Positions 9,465 to 20,467 of a stretch of DNA of 64,000 nt are shown piece by piece. Positions within the stretch are counted from its first letter, which is position 1. Every line of letters starts with the position of its first letter. The position numbers and the translations under genes were made by a program. The notes beneath the pieces are model-generated. The model was not told the origin of the DNA. It worked only from the letters and a program-made list of their open reading frames with translations, and made no database searches. This DNA comes from Candidatus Pyrohabitans jungbluthii (GTDB taxonomy: Archaea > Hydrothermarchaeota > Hydrothermarchaeia > Hydrothermarchaeales > BMS3B), in the NCBI GenBank assembly GCA_002010065.2, contig MTMD02000006.1, positions 1-64,000 of the forward strand. Reading direction: 5' to 3'.

Positions 9465-10394
9465 TCAGTCCCGGATACCATCTTTTGTTACTGTGAATAT
9501 GGCCTCTCCCTCGGGAAGATTGGGGGAATCTATTAAGCGTGCGACACGTTTACCTGCCTTGGATTTGCGCAGGTAAATCCTGAAGGTGGAGGAGTGCCCC
9601 ACAACGTGCCCGCCGATGGGCGCCGTTGGGTCGCCAAAGAAGAAATCTGGACGCATCATCACTTGGTTTGTGACAACAACAGCGAGGTTGTAGATGTCGC
9701 TCAACTTCTGCAAGGTGTGCATGTGGCGATTAAGCTTCTGCTGTCTGTCAGATAGCATTCCCCGCCCCGTATAGTCGCTCCTGAAGTGCGATGTTAGAGA
9801 GTCAACAACTATCAAACCAATGTTCTTCTCGCGTATTATATCCTCAGCCTTTTCGATTAGTAGCATCTGATGGTCGCTGTTGTATGCCCTTGCAACGATT
9901 ATGTTCTCCAGTATCTCGTGAGGATCTCTTCCTGTACCCTCTGCCATCTGGATTATCCTCTCTGGGCGGAAGGTGTTCTCTGTATCAAGATAAAAGGCGC
10001 TTTTGCCCAGACCGCCTTCATCTTCGGGAAGCTGAACGTTCACAGCAAGCTGATGACATACTTGGGTTTTTCCAGAGCCAAACTCACCAAAAAACTCGGT
10101 GATAGCCTGAGTTTCTATACCGCCACCAAGCAGTTCGTCAAGACTCTTACTGCCCGTGGTAATCTTGCGCATAGTTTTGCGCTTTTCAAGCACCTCTATG
10201 CCGGTCATAAAACCCATCTGAAGCGATTCGCGGGCAGCGTTTATTATCTTTAGCGCAGCGCTCTCGCCTATACCTGCGGCCTCCTTCAGTTCTGCCGGGT
10301 GCGCTACAGCAATCGCCTCGACGGTCTTAAATCCAGCTTCGCGAAGCTTTTCTGCAGTTGCAATACCCACTCCAGGAAGCTCCTCAAGCTCCAT
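9465..10394 (-). CDS. radA: DNA repair and recombination protein RadA
   Basis: LPGVG Hh[36 protein letters not shown]. Confidence 0.97.
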   Translation of the reverse strand: MELEELPGVGIATAEKLREAGFKTVEAIAVAHPAELKEAAGIGESAALKIINAARESLQMGFMTGIEVLEKRKTMRKITTGSKSLDELLGGGIETQAITEFFGEFGSGKTQVCHQLAVNVQLPEDEGGLGKSAFYLDTENTFRPERIIQMAEGTGRDPHEILENIIVARAYNSDHQMLLIEKAEDIIREKNIGLIVVDSLTSHFRSDYTGRGMLSDRQQKLNRHMHTLQKLSDIYNLAVVVTNQVMMRPDFFFGDPTAPIGGHVVGHSSTFRIYLRKSKAGKRVARLIDSPNLPEGEAIFTVTKDGIRD

Positions 10395-10398
10395 CTTC

Positions 10399-11688
10399 TT
10401 AGCCTCCCACAATTGATTTTGCCTCTTTCAATAACCTCTGCACCTCGCTTCTTGGATCAGGGTTGAGATTGAGGTCCTCTACCACAAGCTCCTCTTTGCC
10501 TGTGAAGTCATTGGTGCGAACACTCGCTACCACCACTATCTCCCTGCCGAGCAACTCCTCTTTCCTCTTACTTATTTCCTCCACCGCCTCCCCAGCGATT
10601 ATCCTCTCAAGGGGTACGTTTAAAAGCGTCTCTGCAAGCTTGTCGTAGAAGGCGGCGCGCATGTTCGCTGAGCCGTCGTCGATGACGACATTGAAGACAA
10701 CTCCCTTGCCACTCTTCCTGTCGAAAACTCTAACCTCCTCAGCCACATCGACTATTGCACCTCTAATCTCAGCCCGCTCTCCCGCCTTAAGCTCCTTCAT
10801 CTCCTTTCTGACTATCTTCTCTTCAGGCAACTCAGCGAGAGCTTCAGCGCCCTCTGGGTTGAGCACTACCTTTCCGAATCTACCCACATGTATCTCCGGC
10901 TCATTCATCCTGACCTTCACGTAGCCCTTAACCACCTTGAGCACGTCGCCTTCACTTATCTTGCCCTCCTCCACCAGGGAGACGTCATCGCCCCACAGCA
11001 CGAGCCTAGCTCTTCCCGTGTCATCTGCCACAACCAGGTTGACCACTCTGCCAGTGCTGCCGTCATCGCGGGTAAACTCCCGCACCTCGTAGATGCGCAT
11101 CACCTTGCACAGCACATCCACGCTCTGCATGCCATCCTCAAGCTCAGCTATTTTTCTAACCTGTGTCTCAACCTCTGGAAACTGCTCAGGCTTAATATCA
11201 GGAGGGTTGAGAATAACTCTGGTACGCGAGCCAATGTGAATCTCAGGCTCGCCGTTCAGGTCTTCCTTTGTGTACGCTTCCCTGATTCTTAGGATATCTC
11301 CTTCCTGTATCTTCTCCAGCTTTTCGGTGTCCTTGCCCCAGAAGACAACTCTAATGGTTGCGGTATCATCGCCGAGGATAAGCGAGGAAACCTTCCCCTT
11401 GCCGCCGTCGCTGCGGGTAAACTCGCGGGCTGGGAAAATGCGCCTCACCCTGCCAACAACATCGACGCTCTGCATCCCGGGTATTATATTCTCTATCTTA
11501 ATATCCTTGGTTTTTGAGGCGCCAGAAAATAGGTTGATTCCAAGCTCATTTGCTACAACATGAGCAGCACCCTCTGGCGTTATAAGACCGCCAAGCTCCT
11601 TCTGCTTCTCCTCTACCCTCCTGCGGACTTCCTCCTCAGCAAGCCCGCTCTCGGATGCTATCTTACCTATCAGCTCATCAAAGTTCAT
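10399..11688 (-). CDS. rpa: Replication protein A (multi-OB-fold ssDNA-binding protein)
   Basis: Repeated REFTRxDGxxGxV..lxDDTgxirlVxW OB folds; operon with radA. Confidence 0.88.
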   Translation of the reverse strand: MNFDELIGKIASESGLAEEEVRRRVEEKQKELGGLITPEGAAHVVANELGINLFSGASKTKDIKIENIIPGMQSVDVVGRVRRIFPAREFTRSDGGKGKVSSLILGDDTATIRVVFWGKDTEKLEKIQEGDILRIREAYTKEDLNGEPEIHIGSRTRVILNPPDIKPEQFPEVETQVRKIAELEDGMQSVDVLCKVMRIYEVREFTRDDGSTGRVVNLVVADDTGRARLVLWGDDVSLVEEGKISEGDVLKVVKGYVKVRMNEPEIHVGRFGKVVLNPEGAEALAELPEEKIVRKEMKELKAGERAEIRGAIVDVAEEVRVFDRKSGKGVVFNVVIDDGSANMRAAFYDKLAETLLNVPLERIIAGEAVEEISKRKEELLGREIVVVASVRTNDFTGKEELVVEDLNLNPDPRSEVQRLLKEAKSIVGG

Positions 11689-11862
11689 CTATATCCCCAT
11701 CTCTCATTTGTCTTCAACTACTTAAAAAGGTTGGTGGAGTGCGCTGGAAAAGTGAAGAGTGGTCAGGTGCGAAGAATAGTCCTGAAGATATTTCGCAAAT
11801 CGAAAGATAGAAATTATGTTTTTCAATTCCAAAGTATCTGAAAGGCTCAGCTGGGGGTATAG

Positions 11863-12081
11863 ATGAAGTTTGAGGTTAAATCGCCCTTCGCAGCAGCAAT
11901 GGTGCTGGCGGTATTCAACTATCTCTGGTACCTAGGGCTGAGCAGGATTTACATCATCGTAGGGCATCCCTACGAAAGGGCGGTAATATTCTCCTTCCTC
12001 ACCTGGATACTTTGCCTGCCCTTTACCTTCTGGCTACCATACTACTTTGCGGTTAAACGTCTCTCTGCTAAAGGGGAATAA
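11863..12081 (+). CDS. Small two-TM membrane protein
   Basis: Two hydrophobic segments, GGGGG RBS-like upstream. Confidence 0.55.
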   Translation: MKFEVKSPFAAAMVLAVFNYLWYLGLSRIYIIVGHPYERAVIFSFLTWILCLPFTFWLPYYFAVKRLSAKGE

Positions 12082-13798
12082 TCTGTGCGAAGAACTTGGG
12101 AATAAGCACTGTTATTACTGTGCCTATCCACATCATGGTAACATAGTGAACCAGCGAGTTGTACATGTGCCCGCCGTCCACAATTTTTATTATCACTGAA
12201 GAAATGGCGGCGTGTATCAGCAGGAGAACCCACACCAGTATTATTATGAGCGACATGTCGAACTGCACCGCAGTAAATTTTACCGGCATGAATTCTATAC
12301 CCTCGATGGACACGCTTCCGCCGCCGAAGAGACCTCTGCCCAGAGAGTCCACCAGCGTTACGATGATGAAAATAGATATGGAGATCCCCACCATGGCGCT
12401 GTAAAGCATGCCCTTCAGGCTGCTCGCAAGCTGGCGCCTAAACTTGCGGAGCCCAATCATCCTGGCAAAGCTGTTGCCCAGAGTTTCGCCTATCTCTGCG
12501 GTGTCGCCGCCTGAGTACGCTGATTCTATGAAAATCCGGCTAAACTTATCTATCAGATTGCTCCCCGTCTCGCCCGCAAAGAAGCGCCAGGAGCGGTTCA
12601 CGTCGCCGAGGGTGAGCCTGCGGTACAGCGCCTTAATATCCTCCGTAAGAGCGCCGTAGTTGTGCAGCCTGAGCGCGCCTATCACAGGCGTCAGGCTGCC
12701 TCCCCTGACGCCTGCGGCTGCGCCCACGGTGCGTATGAAGGTTGGGAAGTTATCATCCTTGCGCATTACCCTTGCCTCCACCCGTCCTGCGAGCATTCCC
12801 AAGATTAGAAGAGGGGTCTGAGAGATCGCCACATTCACCGGTGTGGAGAAGGGGCGCGTGAAGAGGAGCACCATGAATATTATGAAGGACACGAGCACCG
12901 TCGGTATAAGGGCCTTCTCCAGCATGAGCATGTCCTTGGATTTAATCTTCAGGTTGTGCATCAGGTCGTCCTTGGGGGTTATCCTGCGAATAAACAGGAG
13001 CATAGCAACGTCTACGAGAAAGAAGAGGAGGAACATTCCGTATATTGCCCCCATGATGCTCATGTTGGTGAGCATTGGGAAGATGAGCGCAAAGGCGGCG
13101 ACGAAAGAGAGGGTGATTATCATGTTCAGATACATGTTGTTCGCCGCTTCGATGTAGTAGAGGGAGCGTTTGTACATGCGCTCGTACTCGTTCATCACCA
13201 CGTTTACTTCCTTGCGCAGGAACTCTTTGATATCTTCGCCCGCCTGGAAGGAGTGAGCCAGGCGCTCAAGAAAGTCCTGGAAGATTACGCTCGGCGTGGT
13301 CTTTGCAACTGCTCTGCACGCCTTGATGAAGCCCATGTTCCAGGCGTCGGCGATTTTGACAATCTTCTTCGCCTCCTCCGCAAGGGTCTCAAACTCCTCC
13401 TTCTCGGCCGCCATCTGGAAGAGAATCTTCCTGCTCGGCCCGGTCGTCGCGAGGGTGGCGAGGTAGGTTATGAAGAGCGGTATGTGGGTGTCTATATTTT
13501 TCGCCCGGGCGTAGATGTAGTAGAATGGATAAACCAGGGCAATAAAGATGCAGAGGAGCGGGAAGAAGTAGGGTATCAGCGCAACAACGCCTTCAACAGG
13601 AAAATAGCGGAATACAAACAGCTTGAGCACCAGCGAGACGAGGATGCCAAAAACCGCGATGGGAATAAAAACGCCGAACATGTAGCTGCGTATGGTTAGA
13701 CCTCGCCCCGCCTTGAGCAGAAAGTTGGAGAACTCTTCCCAGAGCTTCACAGCCTTCTCGCGCAGCTTCTCCCTGAAGTCCCCCTCAATCCCCCTCAT
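12068..13798 (-). CDS. arlJ: Archaellum membrane platform protein ArlJ (FlaJ)
   Basis: Polytopic, two T2SSF-like domains, FPTFIRTVG, SWRFFAGETGSNLI; downstream of arlH/arlI. Confidence 0.9.
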   Translation of the reverse strand: MRGIEGDFREKLREKAVKLWEEFSNFLLKAGRGLTIRSYMFGVFIPIAVFGILVSLVLKLFVFRYFPVEGVVALIPYFFPLLCIFIALVYPFYYIYARAKNIDTHIPLFITYLATLATTGPSRKILFQMAAEKEEFETLAEEAKKIVKIADAWNMGFIKACRAVAKTTPSVIFQDFLERLAHSFQAGEDIKEFLRKEVNVVMNEYERMYKRSLYYIEAANNMYLNMIITLSFVAAFALIFPMLTNMSIMGAIYGMFLLFFLVDVAMLLFIRRITPKDDLMHNLKIKSKDMLMLEKALIPTVLVSFIIFMVLLFTRPFSTPVNVAISQTPLLILGMLAGRVEARVMRKDDNFPTFIRTVGAAAGVRGGSLTPVIGALRLHNYGALTEDIKALYRRLTLGDVNRSWRFFAGETGSNLIDKFSRIFIESAYSGGDTAEIGETLGNSFARMIGLRKFRRQLASSLKGMLYSAMVGISISIFIIVTLVDSLGRGLFGGGSVSIEGIEFMPVKFTAVQFDMSLIIILVWVLLLIHAAISSVIIKIVDGGHMYNSLVHYVTMMWIGTVITVLIPKFFAQIIPL

Positions 13799-13807
13799 AC
13801 CACAACC

Positions 13808-15433
13808 TCACACAGAGAAGGGCAAACCCTCAACGCCGTACCGCCAGAAGCTCCTGATTATATCGTACACCTCGTAGTAGTCGAAGATTTTGCGCCTCAC
13901 CATCTCATCAATTATGCGCTTTCTCAGGGCAAGGTCATTGTAAATCTCACGCTTATCTTCATAGCCCAGCGTGGGCGCGATCTTGTTCTCTAAGATAAAG
14001 CTGTTGTACATCCCTTTGAAGATGTGCACATCTTTAACAGGGTCCCAGTCGAATATCCTCCGGGTAAGCACGCCCTGTGCCTCTGGGGAGTAGCCCTCAA
14101 TCTCTGAGATCTCCACCACCCTGCGAAGCAGCGCCCTGCCCCTGTAAACTGAGCGCATTATCACCCCTATATTAAGGTTGTCGATGAAGGTTATGGGCAC
14201 ATTTATGGGATTGCCGGTTAAGCGTTGAATCATCTTCTTGACCGACGACGCATGGAAGGTGCTCATCACCGGGTGCCCTGTCTGCATAGCCTGAAAAGCG
14301 ATAGCACCCTCGCTACCGCGTATCTCACCAACGATTATGTAGTTTGGTCTAGAGCGTAAGCTTGCGATGAGCAGGTCGTGCATACTAACGAGATAGTCGC
14401 CCTTCATGCCCCCGCTCACCGTGGTGAGCTGCTGCCAGCACTTGTGCGGCACAGTAACTTCGATGGTATCCTCGGCGGTGTACACCTTGGCTGTGGGCTC
14501 TATAAAGGCGCACGCTGCGTTTAGCAGAGAGGTTTTTCCGCAGGCGCTCTCGCCACAGAAGAAGATGTTCATCCCGTTCTCTATCGCCAGCCACAGGTAG
14601 GCGGCTATCTCCGAGTTTATGGTGCCATAGTCCACTATGCGGGTAATGCTCAGAGGCTCTGAGGTCTGCTTCCGCACGGAGAAGCTGGAGCCGCGCCTGC
14701 TTATGGCGCGAGAATAAACTATATTGACCCTGGAACCGTCGGGCATGGTTCCGTCCACGATAGGGGTGGCGTCGCTAATCGCTGCGTCCATGCGCTCGCC
14801 CATTCTGAAGCAGTACTCATCCACCTCCTGGTCGGATTTTAACACCACGTTGGTCTTGAGGTTGCCGAAGAACTTGTGTACAACGAATATTGGTCCCAAG
14901 CCCGAGACGAAGATGTCCTCTATGTACGGGTCTCTGCTGAAGGGCTCGAGCACGCCCATACCTATTATATCCCTGATTAGCTGGTACCTTATGGCGTGGT
15001 ATTCCTCCTCGCTTAGGGGCACCTTCTTTATGAGCGCCAGCTCAAAGCGCTTCTCCTCCTTAGCGCTGAGCTCCTTAAGCGCGCGGTCTATCAGCTCTTT
15101 GAGCTCCTCCTCGTCCTTGGGCATATCTGCGTGCTGGGCAAAGATGAGCAGGGAGTCGAGAATCTGCGTGTACTTTTCCTTTTCCTTACCTGTAAGCTGG
15201 GGCTCAATCGCATTGTACCTGGTCTCGCCTCCCTCCGGCGGACGGTAGATGTGTACAAACACCGGCACGCCCGCAAGGTAGATTAAGTTGGGGTACTCGT
15301 CGTCCGCAAGCTCCTTTGTAAGCTTGAGGTGGAAGCTGGGCATCTCATTTCCCTGGCTGACAAACTCCTGAACATAGCGCCTGAGGTGGGGATTTTCCCT
15401 CATGTATTTCTCCCATATTTGAAGCTCATTCAC
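13808..15433 (-). CDS. arlI: Archaellum motor ATPase ArlI (FlaI), copy 2
   Basis: NPHL N-terminus, DPYIEDI, Walker A GESACGKT, RPNYIIVGEIRG, GHPVMSTFHA. Confidence 0.9.
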   Translation of the reverse strand: MNELQIWEKYMRENPHLRRYVQEFVSQGNEMPSFHLKLTKELADDEYPNLIYLAGVPVFVHIYRPPEGGETRYNAIEPQLTGKEKEKYTQILDSLLIFAQHADMPKDEEELKELIDRALKELSAKEEKRFELALIKKVPLSEEEYHAIRYQLIRDIIGMGVLEPFSRDPYIEDIFVSGLGPIFVVHKFFGNLKTNVVLKSDQEVDEYCFRMGERMDAAISDATPIVDGTMPDGSRVNIVYSRAISRRGSSFSVRKQTSEPLSITRIVDYGTINSEIAAYLWLAIENGMNIFFCGESACGKTSLLNAACAFIEPTAKVYTAEDTIEVTVPHKCWQQLTTVSGGMKGDYLVSMHDLLIASLRSRPNYIIVGEIRGSEGAIAFQAMQTGHPVMSTFHASSVKKMIQRLTGNPINVPITFIDNLNIGVIMRSVYRGRALLRRVVEISEIEGYSPEAQGVLTRRIFDWDPVKDVHIFKGMYNSFILENKIAPTLGYEDKREIYNDLALRKRIIDEMVRRKIFDYYEVYDIIRSFWRYGVEGLPFSV

Positions 15434-17106
15434 CTCTCCTCACCACCCACAGGCACAGCAAAGGGCAGTGCTTCAAGCCCCTCCTCCGTGTACTTCTTTA
15501 TCAAGCTATAAACATCGAAGTAGTCAAAGATCTCCCGCTTTATCATCTCCTCAATGATGCGCGTCCTTATCTCAAGCTCACGGTAGATCTCCTTGGGGTT
15601 CTCGTAGCCCAGCTTCTTCGCCACCTCCTCCTCGAGGACATAGCTGTTGTAGTAACCCGAGAAGATGTGCTTGTCTGTGCGCGGAATCCACTCAAAGACC
15701 GCCCGCGTGAGTATGCCCTTGGCCTCGGGCGAGTAGCCTTCAATTTCCACTATTTCGAGAACGCGGCGTATGAACTTGCCGTGATAGTAGAGAGCCTGCT
15801 GGAAGACCGCTAAGTTCAGGTTGCCCATTACTATTTGAGGCACATTTATGGGGTCGCTGGTGAAGCGCTGAATCATCTTGCGCACCGACGAGGCGTGGAA
15901 GGTTGCCATCACTGGCCTGCCCGCTTGAATGGCCTGGAATGCAATCGCACCTTCCTGTCCGCGTATCTCACCAACGATTATGTAGTCCGGCCTAGAGCGC
16001 AGCGCCGCCTTAAGCAAATCCTGCATCTCCACCGTGGAGAGCGTCTTTCGCTTCGCCTTGGTCAGGCTGCCTCTGGTTATAAGCTGCTGCCAGTTCTCGT
16101 GAGGCACGTTTACCTCTGGCGTATCTTCAGCGCTCAGTATTTTTGCACTTGGTTTGATGAAGCTGGCAATAGCGTTAAGAAGCGTGGTCTTGCCGCTTGC
16201 AGTTTCGCCGCAGATGAGCACAGACATTCCATTTTCCAGCGCCAGCCAGAGGTAGGCTGCCATCTGCGCACTCAGCGAGCCCCAGGCGACGAGCTGGGTT
16301 ATACTTATGGGCACCGCCGTGAACTTTCGGATTGTGAAACTTGAGCCCTTCTTGCTCGCATCTCTGCCGAAGATTATGTTTATTCGTGAGCCGTCTGGCA
16401 GAGCGCCGTCCACAATGGGATTGTACTTGCTCACTGGCTTATCCAGATACTCGCTTAGCTTGTAGCAGTAGGCATCGAGGTCGCGATCGTAGAAGAACCC
16501 CACATTGGTCTCCAGAAGCTCAAACACCTTGTGAAAGATGTATATATTGCCTATGCCTATGCAGTGGATATCCTCTATGTAGGGGTCGCGGATAAAGGGC
16601 TCAAGCGCACCCAGGCCAGCCATCTCCTTCATTATCTTGTATCTCAGCTCATCAAATTCGCGAGGCTCGACGCGCACCTTCTTTTTGAGCTCCTCCCCCT
16701 TGAGCAGCCGCTTTTTAAGGGGGGGCTTCTCATCACCTAGGTCACAGATTTCCTCGAGCATGCGGTCTATCATGAGCTTGAACTCTCTTGGCCCTTGAGG
16801 TTCGAGCTGATAGGGCACAATTTCCAGCATCCTGTCCAAAATGCGATAGTACTTCTCCCTCAGCGCAGAGGTGAACACAGGCTCTATCGCAATGTAGCGC
16901 GCCTCCTTGGGCGTGCGCAGGATGTGCACAAATATGGGGTCGCCCACAGGGTAAATGAGGTTGACCTCTTCCATGTCCCGCATGTCCCTGCTCAGACTCA
17001 CGTGAAACTCTGGCTTGGGGTTGCCCTTCTTCACAAAATCCTGTATATACTCCCTGAGGTGGGGATTCCTCTCTAATGCACGGGCGTACGCTTTGGCGTC
17101 TTCCAT
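15430..17106 (-). CDS. arlI: Archaellum motor ATPase ArlI (FlaI), copy 1
   Basis: NPHL, YPVGDPIFVHI, GETASGKT, RPDYIIVGEIRG, ATFHA. Confidence 0.92.
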   Translation of the reverse strand: MEDAKAYARALERNPHLREYIQDFVKKGNPKPEFHVSLSRDMRDMEEVNLIYPVGDPIFVHILRTPKEARYIAIEPVFTSALREKYYRILDRMLEIVPYQLEPQGPREFKLMIDRMLEEICDLGDEKPPLKKRLLKGEELKKKVRVEPREFDELRYKIMKEMAGLGALEPFIRDPYIEDIHCIGIGNIYIFHKVFELLETNVGFFYDRDLDAYCYKLSEYLDKPVSKYNPIVDGALPDGSRINIIFGRDASKKGSSFTIRKFTAVPISITQLVAWGSLSAQMAAYLWLALENGMSVLICGETASGKTTLLNAIASFIKPSAKILSAEDTPEVNVPHENWQQLITRGSLTKAKRKTLSTVEMQDLLKAALRSRPDYIIVGEIRGQEGAIAFQAIQAGRPVMATFHASSVRKMIQRFTSDPINVPQIVMGNLNLAVFQQALYYHGKFIRRVLEIVEIEGYSPEAKGILTRAVFEWIPRTDKHIFSGYYNSYVLEEEVAKKLGYENPKEIYRELEIRTRIIEEMIKREIFDYFDVYSLIKKYTEEGLEALPFAVPVGGEER

Positions 17107-17116
17107 GGCTCTGCTC

Positions 17117-17818
17117 CTATGCAACCGAGGAGATTTCTATCACGAAGCCAACCTTTGGCTCCACCCTGAAGCCTATGGTATCGGCGACTGTCATCGACGC
17201 TCCGCGGAAGCGATACACATTTATTACCCGCTTTATGCTGCCCCCAACCTCCCTCATCTTGATGGTAAAGTAGATGTCTGAGATTGAGCGCAGTGTCTTG
17301 AGCACCTCCTCGTCCATATTGCTGGGCGAAACTGTGACGATTATGGTCTTGTTCATGTTGATTACCTTCTTTATGAAGGAAACTAGGCTGAATATGTCCT
17401 TCTTTGTGAGCTTGTCTATTATGAGCGAATCCAGGGTGTCTATAACAACCGCCTGGTTACGGAACAGAGCCTCTGCCCGCATGAGGCGGTATATGAAGTC
17501 CTTTCTCGGCACCACCCTACCTATCCTCGGGAAAACAGGCACGAAGAGCAGCTTCTTCTCAGTGAGGTAGCTCGCCACGTTGTAGCCCAGAGAAGCCATC
17601 TGCTCCAGAAAGTCCTGCGTTGTGAGCTCCGAGGAGATATACGTAACGCTGTTACCGTTTTTCAGGAATCCGTAGAGCAGTCTCTGGGCTAAAATACTCT
17701 TTCCAGAGGCGTTTTCGCCTTCTATCACCATGAAAGAGCCAGTTGGTATGCCTTTTCCTATTCTTCTGTGCAATTCGTCTGTTTTCAGACCTATCTCAAG
17801 ATATTTTGTCCCCTCCAT
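17117..17818 (-). CDS. arlH: Archaellum accessory ATPase ArlH (FlaH)
   Basis: DELHRRIGKGIP, GENASGKS, QRLLYGFL, FRVEPKVG. Confidence 0.92.
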   Translation of the reverse strand: MEGTKYLEIGLKTDELHRRIGKGIPTGSFMVIEGENASGKSILAQRLLYGFLKNGNSVTYISSELTTQDFLEQMASLGYNVASYLTEKKLLFVPVFPRIGRVVPRKDFIYRLMRAEALFRNQAVVIDTLDSLIIDKLTKKDIFSLVSFIKKVINMNKTIIVTVSPSNMDEEVLKTLRSISDIYFTIKMREVGGSIKRVINVYRFRGASMTVADTIGFRVEPKVGFVIEISSVA

Positions 17819-17947
17819 TACTACGGTATAACCCCTGCAGGGTTAATAAACATTTTTTTTCTGCAGTCGAAACGAGTACTGTATGCGACGTTAGAGTTTC
17901 GATTTATATTTCGAGAATCGAAAAATGATTCCCCGGAGGCAGAGAGA

Positions 17948-18235
17948 ATGAATACGCAGCGGCTTGCTTTAGCATCTTTTATACTTCTCGGCATAGTTGA
18001 TGGGGTGCTCACCTACCTTGGAGTTAATCTGTTTGGCTTAATTGAGGGCAACATCCTTATGAGAACCCTCATAGAGAGGGGCTGGTTTTACTTCTTTGCG
18101 TTTAAGATAGCTGTCTACGCAACCCTCGCGAGAGCCTCGCTGTACATCTATCCCAGAATAGCGCCTCCGGTGCTCACCGCCCTGGGCGCTGGAGTGGTGA
18201 TTTACAATAGCGTGCTAATAGCCTCCTCACTGTAG
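17948..18235 (+). CDS. Small membrane protein, DUF5658-like
   Basis: DGVLTYLGV...EGNILM...K motif with 3 TMs. Confidence 0.6.
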   Translation: MNTQRLALASFILLGIVDGVLTYLGVNLFGLIEGNILMRTLIERGWFYFFAFKIAVYATLARASLYIYPRIAPPVLTALGAGVVIYNSVLIASSL

Positions 18236-20362
18236 TGTGTACTTCCCAGACCTTTTTACCCTCTCAACAATCTCCTTCACGGTCTCTAAGTCTACGCCCA
18301 GCTTTTCCATCATGTCCCCATAGGTGGGTCTCTCGCCGCGCCTCTGGTATTCAATGTAAGCCTTTACGAATGCTTTTTCAAGCTGTTCTAGCTCCTCAGA
18401 GGGTATAGAGGAACCACTGCCTCTACCAGGGATTTTCGGCGAGATTTTTCCAGGAATTTTCAGATTTTTTGAGAGGGGTATTCTAACATTCAGCTTCCCC
18501 TTCCTGTGGAGTACAAACGCAAGCGGGAGGGGCAGCAATAAAAGAGGCAGGAACTTCAGCTTCCTCCTGAGCTTCTTCAACAAGCCCTCTTCGCTGATAT
18601 TAACAGGTATAATTAACTCTCCGGTTGATGTGGTGTAGGTGGCGCCGCTTTCATCGCGGTATATCACATCCATCGCTGGAAGCGCTATCTCCTTTACGCT
18701 GGATGTGAGGTTCCTCTCCAGAAGGGTGAAGCTGATGACCTTCACCTCCTCTTTTTTCACCTCACCCTCCCACATGCTTCTGTCCAGCTCCACACCCTCC
18801 GGCACAGCCATTTCAAAGCTGACAAATGCTGTGCTTCCGCCGATGTTGCGCAGGAGCACATTAATTGTCACGTTTCCACCCTTTGTGAAGTTGCCCTCAA
18901 AGTCCCTGTCAACTATCAGCACAGGCGGCGGGCTCTCCTCTGCGCTTGTTTTATTCTCCTCCTGCGGCTCCGCTTTTTTCTCAGGTATGCTCAGCTCCAC
19001 GCTGGAGCTGTTTACCCTGTAGCTTCTGCCGTACTTGTCATAGTAGCTTGCCTCCGCCCCCGGCAGGGTGTGGTTCCCGGGCAAGAGTGGCATGAGGAGG
19101 TAGGAGATTGCAACCTTTTTCCCAGGGCTAAGGTCACCCCGCCAGGAGGTTTTCCCTGCCAGCACCTCCCAGCCTTTGGGTATATAATCAAAAAGCTTCA
19201 CATCCCTTGCGATGCCGTCACCAGTGTTCTTCACCATCAGCGTTACGTTGACGCTCTCATTAACCACGCTTGCGCTTTTATTAATGATGAGCGCAGGCAG
19301 GTACAGCAATGCACGGTCGTACGCGAAGAGAGCATTGCCGGAGATAAGCGCCACATCCTCGCGAATGCCATCGCCGTCGAAATCCGCTAGGGTAAGTGCG
19401 TCTATCTCTACCGAGGTGTCAAACTCCCAGCTCAGTGCGCCCTCCTTAACAGCGTATATTTTTTTACCTGCTGCGACGAGGTGGTAGTCTATAACACCGT
19501 TGCCGTCCCTATCCACCGGCGCTATTGCTACAACCTCTTCGCCCAGGTCGAGGCGCCACACCTCCTGCTTATGGGAGTCCACACCTATAACTTCGCTTCC
19601 CGCCCCAATCACGAGGTCGTCCAGTGCTCCGTCGCCATCGAAGTCTGCCGGGGCAAGGGCATTAACCTGGGCACTGGCTTCATAACTCCACACCAGCGAG
19701 GCGTTGAAATCCAGCACATCCACGCGCTTGCCATAACCCACCGCCACATCGTTGCGCAGCATGTCTCCCATTAAATCAAGGGTGGTGATGCTCTTCACCT
19801 TGCTCGAGACAGCATACTTCCATGTATAATTGCTCGGATAGCTCTGCACCGGCAGGGCGTAGAGGTTGCCGAAGCTCTTATCGATGTGGCTGCCCGTACC
19901 AACGAGAAGCATGTCCTCGTAACCATCGCCGTCAAAGTCTGCGGTGGCAAGAGTATAGATGCGCTCACCTATGTAGAATTCCCACTTCTTGCCGTAGGAA
20001 TCTATCCTCTTCTCACCCTTGGGCATGAAAAAAGCATACACTTTGCCGTTCCATACGCCAGCGACGCCGCTGCAGCCCGTGATACCAGTCTTCAGGGCAG
20101 TTAATGAATGCACGGGCGCACTGAAGGTATAGCTTCCAAGCTCTTCGCCCTTTGAATCAAAGAACATTACCTTGGTTGTGGTACTCGCCATAAGCACCTT
20201 GTACCGCGAACCGCAGTCATAGTCCACTGCGTCGAGGGAAGTGAAGTCTGTGCCAAGAAGTACCGGAAAACCCTCCCTGAGTATAAACCCAGGCATGGCT
20301 GCGTGTAACGTTCCCACAGCTGCAATATAGGCTACCAAAATATAGATTACCCTCGACCCCAT
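18227..20362 (-). CDS. Secreted/surface protein: FG-GAP-like repeats, Ig-like (BatD/DUF11) domains, TM anchor and C-terminal HTH
   Basis: Signal peptide; repeated ADFDGDG motifs; VKNTGDGIARDV and LRNIGG Ig-like motifs; hydrophobic LPLLLLPLPLAFVL; tail RPTYGDMMEKLGVDLETVKEIVERV. Confidence 0.75.
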   Translation of the reverse strand: MGSRVIYILVAYIAAVGTLHAAMPGFILREGFPVLLGTDFTSLDAVDYDCGSRYKVLMASTTTKVMFFDSKGEELGSYTFSAPVHSLTALKTGITGCSGVAGVWNGKVYAFFMPKGEKRIDSYGKKWEFYIGERIYTLATADFDGDGYEDMLLVGTGSHIDKSFGNLYALPVQSYPSNYTWKYAVSSKVKSITTLDLMGDMLRNDVAVGYGKRVDVLDFNASLVWSYEASAQVNALAPADFDGDGALDDLVIGAGSEVIGVDSHKQEVWRLDLGEEVVAIAPVDRDGNGVIDYHLVAAGKKIYAVKEGALSWEFDTSVEIDALTLADFDGDGIREDVALISGNALFAYDRALLYLPALIINKSASVVNESVNVTLMVKNTGDGIARDVKLFDYIPKGWEVLAGKTSWRGDLSPGKKVAISYLLMPLLPGNHTLPGAEASYYDKYGRSYRVNSSSVELSIPEKKAEPQEENKTSAEESPPPVLIVDRDFEGNFTKGGNVTINVLLRNIGGSTAFVSFEMAVPEGVELDRSMWEGEVKKEEVKVISFTLLERNLTSSVKEIALPAMDVIYRDESGATYTTSTGELIIPVNISEEGLLKKLRRKLKFLPLLLLPLPLAFVLHRKGKLNVRIPLSKNLKIPGKISPKIPGRGSGSSIPSEELEQLEKAFVKAYIEYQRRGERPTYGDMMEKLGVDLETVKEIVERVKRSGKYTLQ

Positions 20363-20467
20363 TATATAAGGTAGCTAAAGAAGAAGCAATTATATAGTTT
20401 ATTTTCACAGATATGTTTCATATGCTGAAAGACAAGAAATAAATCCTGGAAGAAGTCCTTTCATACC

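Noticed and set aside
9465-10394. Intein in RadA (also checked TerL and the helicase)
   Set aside because: Proteins are of normal length with uninterrupted motifs
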